Source: a virus
Taxonomy: Duplodnaviria; Caudoviricetes
Virus record (IMG/VR): IMGVR_UViG_2898902220_000006
Span: 1-64,000 of that record
Length of the DNA: 64,000 nt
Direction: 5' to 3' (one strand)
The notes under the pieces are model-generated. The model ran no database searches and was not told the origin of the DNA. It saw only the letters and a program-made list of their open reading frames with translations. Positions 57,810 through 64,000 of this stretch are shown here, piece after piece (the stretch's first letter is position 1; the number at the start of each line of letters is the position of its first letter). The translations under genes and the position numbers were made by a program.

Positions 57810-58234
57810 TCGGTGGGATAGATATAACTCCTGATAAGTGGTACCACAAACTCTGGTTTTACCCATTAATAATTACTTTGTGTATTGGATGGGCAATATA
57901 CGGTTTTATAGAATGTGCGGTTATATGGCTGAAACGAAAATTTGAAATACGGGGGAGTAAGCCAATGACCAAAACAACGCATGCAAGCAATTGGAAAAGA
58001 TTCGCTACTGGAGTTAATTGGCGGAGCTGGTGCATTGGGTTACAAATACATGATTTGAGAGACAGTTACGGCTACGTCATTACTGAGATCAATATATTGC
58101 CATTAACGTTTTTGCTGAGATTTGGTGACGGAACCAAAAAGCTGAAATGTAAAAAATGCAAAAAGGTACTAGATAGAGTGAATGTGGATGAAAGCGAAGA
58201 GGTTAAATGTTTGGACTGTTACAACAATTCATAA
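57806..58234 (+). CDS. Membrane-anchored hypothetical protein with C-terminal zinc finger
   Basis: N-terminal TM helix; CKKC...CLDC. Confidence 0.6.
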   Translation: MIGGIDITPDKWYHKLWFYPLIITLCIGWAIYGFIECAVIWLKRKFEIRGSKPMTKTTHASNWKRFATGVNWRSWCIGLQIHDLRDSYGYVITEINILPLTFLLRFGDGTKKLKCKKCKKVLDRVNVDESEEVKCLDCYNNS

Positions 58235-58326
58235 GGAAATGAGCAATAAAAAAGCCCCCTCACCGGGAGCAACATGTGTTCGCTAAAACTATTATACCAT
58301 GAGCAGATGGTGAGGGGGAATGGAAG

Positions 58327-58842
58327 ATGAACACAATGCAAGAACTTTTAAAAGAGTACAAAGAGACAAGAAAGAATTTGAAAAAAGCATACGCTGATCT
58401 AAGAGCAACAGAGACAGTACTTGATGATGTGACAGAAACAGAAAAAAACTACCTCTCTGAAATGATTAGCGATGTAGAGTATGTAATTGAATGGCTAGAG
58501 ACAGGACGTAGACCAAAGAGTAAACGTGGGATTGAGAGAAGAGCAGCCTATCAACGAGAAAAACTAGTAGATCCTATCAGAATGCAGGCGTTTGTTTTTA
58601 GAGGAACAGCAGGCAGTCCTTGCAACCTTACAGAGTGGGAGAAAGAACAACTAGAGGATGCGCTGTGTTGCCTGTCACCAAGAGAAAAAGAGTGCTATAT
58701 CCTAACTCACGGTGAAGGATTTTCATTTGAGGAAACGGCTAGATTTTTGTGTATTTCGAGAAGTAGTGTACAAACACTTGTAACGCGGGCACAAAATAAA
58801 ATTGCAAATCGTGTAGTTTCAAGCCTATTCCTTGTTGGATAG
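58327..58842 (+). CDS. Sigma-70 region-4 type late-gene activator
   Basis: MISDVEYVIEWLETGRRP...LSPREKECY...SVQTLVTRAQNK. Confidence 0.88.
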   Translation: MNTMQELLKEYKETRKNLKKAYADLRATETVLDDVTETEKNYLSEMISDVEYVIEWLETGRRPKSKRGIERRAAYQREKLVDPIRMQAFVFRGTAGSPCNLTEWEKEQLEDALCCLSPREKECYILTHGEGFSFEETARFLCISRSSVQTLVTRAQNKIANRVVSSLFLVG

Positions 58843-58914
58843 GCTTTTTTTGTCATGCAAAAGCCACCTATAAGCAGAAGGGTAAAACGAGATATTCGAT
58901 AAAGGAGATGTAAA

Positions 58915-59253
58915 ATGAAAATTTCCCATGAACTAAACGGGATAACTTTGGAAGAAATGAAAGTAATGGGCGCTACTTTTGGAATTGGTTTAGCAATTTA
59001 TTTGATGAAAGAAGACCACATTCGAGTAGCCCGTAAAGGATGGAACGGAAAAGACATGTTCCTTGTTTATCAAAAAGGTTATCCAGATGGTATTCCAATT
59101 AACAATAACACAGCCGAGGCTACTGGATTAAAAGAAGGAACAGTTTGCAGGTTTCAACCGTACATCATGATGAAAACAGCAGATAATACATTTGTTCCAT
59201 GGTTAGCGTCACAAACAGATTTGTTAGCTGAGGACTTCTATATTGTTGAATAG
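58915..59253 (+). CDS. DUF2829 protein (Tad2-like anti-defence sponge family)
   Basis: VARKGWNGKDMFL...PYIMMKTAD...VPWLASQTDLLAEDF. Confidence 0.85.
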   Translation: MKISHELNGITLEEMKVMGATFGIGLAIYLMKEDHIRVARKGWNGKDMFLVYQKGYPDGIPINNNTAEATGLKEGTVCRFQPYIMMKTADNTFVPWLASQTDLLAEDFYIVE

Positions 59254-59265
59254 AGGAGGGATAAC

Positions 59266-59526
59266 ATGGCATCAACTGCAATTACAGTTAAAGTTAATGG
59301 GATCGAGGAACTAAAGGAGCTTACAAAAGCGATAGAAGATGTTGTAACAGCGCTTGAGAAGCTAAATAAATGTACGAACAAAAGTAATTACGTAACGCTA
59401 TCACCTACTGTAAATATCACAACGGGCCAATGTGTAGATGCTGTTTCTACCAATATTATAGATCGGATAAATGATGAGCTTACCAAGTCTCTTGAAGTGC
59501 ATGGTGGAAAATATGGACTAGGATAA
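59266..59526 (+). CDS. Hypothetical protein
   Basis: RBS GAGGAGGG. Confidence 0.65.
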   Translation: MASTAITVKVNGIEELKELTKAIEDVVTALEKLNKCTNKSNYVTLSPTVNITTGQCVDAVSTNIIDRINDELTKSLEVHGGKYGLG

Positions 59527-59564
59527 AAAACAAAACAAACTCAATAGGTGGTGGTGATCATGTA

Positions 59565-60332
59565 ATGGCAAAAGCAAGAAGTCCTAACCGCGACAAAGCT
59601 GAAACAATGTATCTGGAAAGTGGCGGAAACATGCTCTTGAAAGACATTGCTGAACAGCTTGGAGTAAGCGATTCACAAATACGTAAGTGGAAAAACCAAG
59701 ATCAATGGGAATCTAAGCTCAATAGTAACGTTACCAATGAGAATAGTAACGTTACCAAACGAGTAGGAGCACCAGAGGGGAATAAAAACGCCGTTGGCAA
59801 TCGCGGAGGAGCTGCGCCCAAGAGGAACAGTAACGCGGTAAGCCACGGCTTTTTTCGTAAGTACTTTCCTGAGGAAACGGCTGATATCATGCAGGAGATT
59901 GAAACGAAGTCATCTATAGACATGTTATGGGATACCATCACGATCCAGTATGCGGCAATTATCAGGGCACAGAGGATTATGTTTGTGCAGGACAAAGATG
60001 AGATGATCAAGGAGCTTAAAAAGAGAAAGTACGAGATTCATAATGTTGGTTCAAAAGAGCAGCCGATTCTTGAACAGATGATGACAGAAGAGGAGCACGA
60101 ATTCCAATTCTCTTGGGATCGCCAAGCCACTTTCCTAAACGCTCAATCTAGGGCTATGGCTACTTTGCAAGGGTTAATCAAACGCTACGAGGATATGCTC
60201 AATGGTCATCTAGCTACCGAGGAGCAACGTTTGCGTATAGAGAAGTTAAAAGCAGAAGTACAAGCTATCGGTACGAATGAGAGTGCTGGCGTAACCATCA
60301 TTGATGATATCGGTGGTGAGGTTGATGGTTAA
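59565..60332 (+). CDS. Terminase small subunit
   Basis: ARSPNRDKA...LKDIAEQLGVSDSQIRKWK...GAPEGNKNAVGN...HGFF. Confidence 0.92.
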   Translation: MAKARSPNRDKAETMYLESGGNMLLKDIAEQLGVSDSQIRKWKNQDQWESKLNSNVTNENSNVTKRVGAPEGNKNAVGNRGGAAPKRNSNAVSHGFFRKYFPEETADIMQEIETKSSIDMLWDTITIQYAAIIRAQRIMFVQDKDEMIKELKKRKYEIHNVGSKEQPILEQMMTEEEHEFQFSWDRQATFLNAQSRAMATLQGLIKRYEDMLNGHLATEEQRLRIEKLKAEVQAIGTNESAGVTIIDDIGGEVDG

Positions 60333-61581
60333 GGTTAAACTATCCGAGATCGTAACAACACATTTTCAAAGCTTCTGGAAGGTAGCCAACTCTCGCAAAT
60401 ATCTAAAGCATGTATTAAAAGGTGGTCGTGGTTCTGCTAAATCAACTCACATAGCCATTCTGTTGATTATCTACATGATGAAGTATCCAGTAACTACCCT
60501 GTGTGTCCGTAAAGTAGCGAATACGCTTGGTGAATCTGTCTTCGAGCAGTTGAAAGAGGCTATAGAGATACTTGGCGTAGGAGCTTACTGGAAGGTTCAG
60601 AAAAGCCCTATGCAGTTGATCTACAGGCCAAGAGGCAACAAGATCATATTCCGTGGTGCAGATGATCCAGCTAAGATCAAATCTATCAAGATGAGTAAGT
60701 TTCCATTAGCTTTCCTATGGATCGAGGAGCTTGCTGAGTTCAAAACAGAAGATGAAGTAACAACCATCGAAAATTCCGTATTACGTGCGGAGCTACCAGA
60801 TGGTCTTTTTTATGCCTTCTTCTACTCATACAATCCACCTAAACGTAAACAATCATGGGTGAATAAGAAGTATGAGACGCAATTCCAAGCTAGTAACACA
60901 TATGTTCATCATAGTAGTTATTTACAGAATCCTTATATCTCCAAGGCATTCATAACTGAGGCTGAGGGAGTAAAGGAAAAGAACGTACAGAAATACGAGT
61001 GGGAGTATCTAGGTAAAGCGATAGGCAGTGGCGTTGTGCCGTTTGATAATCTGAATTTCAGACGCATTACAGATGAAGAGATCAAGACGTTTGACAATAT
61101 ACGCCAAGGAATTGACTGGGGCTATGGTGTTGATCCATTCGCATTTGTTCGCTGGCATTATGACAAGACAAGGCGCAAGATATATGCGCTAGATGAAGTG
61201 TATGGTGTTAAACTCTCCAACAGAGAAGCAGCCGATAAGATCAAAGCAAAAGGCTACGATACTACTATGAGTATTGCTGATAGTGCAGAGCCTAAATCAG
61301 TCGATGAAATGAAACGTGATTATCAATTGCGTATCAAAGGAGCTAAGAAGGGACCGGGTTCAGTGGAATACGGTGAAAAGTGGCTTGATGACTTAGAAGA
61401 GATTGTCATTGATGCTGTACGTACCCCTAACCTTGCTAGAGAGTTTGAGAATATTGACTATCAAACAGACTCAGACGGTGATCCTAAAGCTCGTTTAGAA
61501 GATAAGGACAATCACACCATAGATGCTACTCGCTATGCATTTGAAAACGATATGAAAAAGTCAGGATTATCTTTTGACTAG
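60325..61581 (+). CDS. Terminase large subunit, PBSX family
   Basis: KGGRGSAKST, WIEELAEF, SYNPP, GIDWGY...DP, NHTIDATRYA. Confidence 0.96.
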   Translation: MVKVKLSEIVTTHFQSFWKVANSRKYLKHVLKGGRGSAKSTHIAILLIIYMMKYPVTTLCVRKVANTLGESVFEQLKEAIEILGVGAYWKVQKSPMQLIYRPRGNKIIFRGADDPAKIKSIKMSKFPLAFLWIEELAEFKTEDEVTTIENSVLRAELPDGLFYAFFYSYNPPKRKQSWVNKKYETQFQASNTYVHHSSYLQNPYISKAFITEAEGVKEKNVQKYEWEYLGKAIGSGVVPFDNLNFRRITDEEIKTFDNIRQGIDWGYGVDPFAFVRWHYDKTRRKIYALDEVYGVKLSNREAADKIKAKGYDTTMSIADSAEPKSVDEMKRDYQLRIKGAKKGPGSVEYGEKWLDDLEEIVIDAVRTPNLAREFENIDYQTDSDGDPKARLEDKDNHTIDATRYAFENDMKKSGLSFD

Positions 61582-61593
61582 AAAGGAGGCCAT

Positions 61594-63042
61594 ATGTTCT
61601 CTACTGAAACAGATCGGATTAACAAAATAATTACCGAGGGCGCTAAGTCAGGTATGACACTAGAAGAGTTTATTCAACGCGAAGTAGATGAGTGGGAAAC
61701 ATCAAAAATCCGTGAGCTTATGATCAAGGGTGATAAATACTACCGTGGCGACAGTGAGATTTTAAACAGGAAGCGAGAAGTGATTGGCGATGGTGGTAAG
61801 GTGGAGGATAAGAACCTAGCCAATAACAAGCTTGTACACAACTTCGCAAGGAAACTAGCAGATCAAAAGGTTGGCTATCTACTCTCTAAACCAATGAGTG
61901 TACAAACGAATAACAACACATACCAAACCTTGCTAGGAGATTACATCGGCAAGGCTTTTTTGCGTACTCTCAAAAACGTAGGTAAGGAATCTATCAATAA
62001 GGGTAAGGCGTGGCTCCAAGTCTATTACAACGAGGCAGGAGAGCTATCATTCAAGCGTATTCCAAGCGAAGAGGTCATTCCTATGTGGAAAGATAGTGCA
62101 CACACTGAATTGGACGCGGTTATCCGAGTCTATGAGGTTGAAACGTATGAAGGTAAAGAGAAGAAGACTATCAAAAAAGTTGAATACTGGGACACTCAGG
62201 GCGTTAAGCGCTATGTGCATGATGGACAACTCATACCAGATGTAGAGATTGGTGACGAAGGTAGTCATTTTGCTGTAACGGATGCAAGAGGTCAGGAACA
62301 GGGCTTTAATTGGGAGCGAGTGCCGTTCATCTGTTTCAAGTACAACGATGAAGAAATACCGTTAATCAAATTTATTCAATCACTTATTGACGACTACGAT
62401 TATCGTAAATCAGACAATGCGAACAATCTAGAAGACATGCCGAACAGTATCTATGTGTTAAAAGACTATGACGGTACCGACTTAGGAGAGTTCCGATACA
62501 ATCTAGCTGCTTACCGAGCTGTTAAAGCAACGGGTGATGGTGGAGTCGATACCATTAGCTTGCCGATTGACACCGAGGCGTTTAAAACTCATGTGGAGAT
62601 GAACAGAAAAGATATCTATGAGTTTGGACGTGGGGTTGATACGCAGTCTAGTAACTTCGGAAACGACCCGTCAGGCATCGCCTTGAAATTCCTATATGCC
62701 GACCTAGACATGGATGCAAACATGATTGAAACAGAGTTCCAAGCGTCTATGGAGCATCTACGCTGGTTCATTGATCAGCACGTAGTTAACACAACCCAAC
62801 AAGATTTCAGCAATGAAACAGTAGAATTCATATTCAATCGAGACATTTTAATCAACGAAACGGATGCGATTACAAATGCAAAGGATAGTGTGGGCATCAT
62901 ATCTGACGAAACAATTGTCGCTAACCACCCATGGACAACCAATGCGCAAGACGAGATTGCGAGGAAAAAGAAAGAGCGTGAGGACACGGTTTCACAAACT
63001 GATCCATACGCTGGTTTCGATCCTAAGGAAGAACCTGAATGA
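61594..63042 (+). CDS. Portal protein, SPP1 type
   Basis: NNKLVHNF...VGYL, VPFICFKYN, SGIALKFLY, ISDETIVANHPW. Confidence 0.95.
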   Translation: MFSTETDRINKIITEGAKSGMTLEEFIQREVDEWETSKIRELMIKGDKYYRGDSEILNRKREVIGDGGKVEDKNLANNKLVHNFARKLADQKVGYLLSKPMSVQTNNNTYQTLLGDYIGKAFLRTLKNVGKESINKGKAWLQVYYNEAGELSFKRIPSEEVIPMWKDSAHTELDAVIRVYEVETYEGKEKKTIKKVEYWDTQGVKRYVHDGQLIPDVEIGDEGSHFAVTDARGQEQGFNWERVPFICFKYNDEEIPLIKFIQSLIDDYDYRKSDNANNLEDMPNSIYVLKDYDGTDLGEFRYNLAAYRAVKATGDGGVDTISLPIDTEAFKTHVEMNRKDIYEFGRGVDTQSSNFGNDPSGIALKFLYADLDMDANMIETEFQASMEHLRWFIDQHVVNTTQQDFSNETVEFIFNRDILINETDAITNAKDSVGIISDETIVANHPWTTNAQDEIARKKKEREDTVSQTDPYAGFDPKEEPE

Positions 63043-64000
63043 AAAAGGGTAAACAGCCACCACGTAGTTATTGGCAAAAGCGTAGTGAGCAGGTAGCGCA
63101 ACTATCCTTTGATGAGGCTGACAAATATGCCGAGCAACTTAGAAAAGAGTATGACCGCGCTATAGCAAGTATTAATCGTGATATCGAGGTATTCTATCAA
63201 CGTTTTGCTCACAACAACCAGATTGATCTAGCAGATGCTCGTAGGCTATTAACTGGCAATCAAATGAAAGAGTTTAAAATGACACTAGAGGATTTTACAG
63301 CACGGGCAAAGGATAACGTAGATGGTCGATGGACAAAGGAATTAAACAACGTCTACTACAAAACTCGCGTAAGCCGTTTAGAGGCACTTTTAGTTCAGAT
63401 CAGGCAATCAGTCGAGGAGTTAACTGCAAAGCAAGAACAAGGCACCAAGAGACTTCTGGGGAGCAACTACACAGACACCTATTATAGAACTGTATTTGAG
63501 GTTCAAAAGGGTACAGGAATAGGTGTTTCTTTTGCTCGAGTGGATAAGGAATCGCTAGAGAAAACGCTACAGATCAACTGGAAGGATGGCAACTACAGCG
63601 AACGTATCTGGAGCAATCGAGATAAATTGCTATCTGAGGTTCAAACACTACTCTCTCAATCGTTTATACGTGGGGATAGTTCCGATAAGACAGCAAAGGC
63701 GCTGTCAGAAAGAATGAACGTCTCCTATTCGCATGCGGCAAGGATAGTGAGGACAGAGAGTAGCTACATTACTCATCAAGCTACTATGGATGGTTATAAG
63801 GCAAGTGGAGTGGTCCAAAAATATGAATTTTTAGCTGCTCTTGATAGCCGGACCAGTCATGTATGTAGAGGTATGGATGGCAAGGTGTTCAAACTAAGCG
63901 AACAAGAGGTCGGTGTGAATTTCCCTCCTCTTCATCCGAATTGCAGATCAACTACAGTTGCTTACTTTGATGATGAGATCGATCCGGGTGAACGAATTGC
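63039..64000 (+). CDS. Minor capsid protein (SPP1 gp7 / Mu F-like), truncated by window end
   Basis: YWQKR start; RIVRTE, ALDSRTSHVC, PPLHPNCRST. Confidence 0.9.
   Translation, partial: MKKGKQPPRSYWQKRSEQVAQLSFDEADKYAEQLRKEYDRAIASINRDIEVFYQRFAHNNQIDLADARRLLTGNQMKEFKMTLEDFTARAKDNVDGRWTKELNNVYYKTRVSRLEALLVQIRQSVEELTAKQEQGTKRLLGSNYTDTYYRTVFEVQKGTGIGVSFARVDKESLEKTLQINWKDGNYSERIWSNRDKLLSEVQTLLSQSFIRGDSSDKTAKALSERMNVSYSHAARIVRTESSYITHQATMDGYKASGVVQKYEFLAALDSRTSHVCRGMDGKVFKLSEQEVGVNFPPLHPNCRSTTVAYFDDEIDPGERI

Larger units (their letters stand above)
38579..64000 (+). mobile_element. Prophage B (serine integrase, PBSX terminase, SPP1-type portal); right end outside window
   Basis: Integrase, immunity, replication, late regulator and packaging genes in canonical order. 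Confidence 0.93.

Noticed and set aside
1-64000. tRNA, rRNA, IS elements, diversity-generating retroelement, introns or inteins
   Set aside because: No cloverleaf, transposase or reverse transcriptase seen, and terminases and helicase are of normal length

Overview
Low-GC Firmicute chromosome, most likely Brevibacillus (inferred from gene content). The window holds two different prophages with a 2.1-kb host island between them. Prophage A runs from before base 1 to about 36505. It has HNH, cos-type terminase, an HK97-type head, a contractile tail, holin and GH25 lysin, an accessory and immunity region, recombination and replication genes, and ArpU. It ends inside the sporulation gene prkA, of which only the 3' half remains, and its integrase is not in the window. 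Prophage B runs from about 38579 past the window end. It begins inside the next gene, yhbH, which loses its C-terminus. It carries a large serine recombinase, a type I toxin-antitoxin locus, an agr-like cassette, two XRE switches, replication and accessory genes, and a PBSX terminase with SPP1-type portal. Main highlights: (1) an unannotated 40-aa secreted peptide gene paired with an HTH-TPR receptor in prophage A, an arbitrium/RRNPP-like communication candidate; (2) a kinase-less agr-like cassette in prophage B (membrane sensor, AgrB, Cys-less AgrD, stand-alone LytTR); (3) two adjacent sporulation genes each split by a different prophage. All family calls come from motif recognition by eye; no database searches were run.
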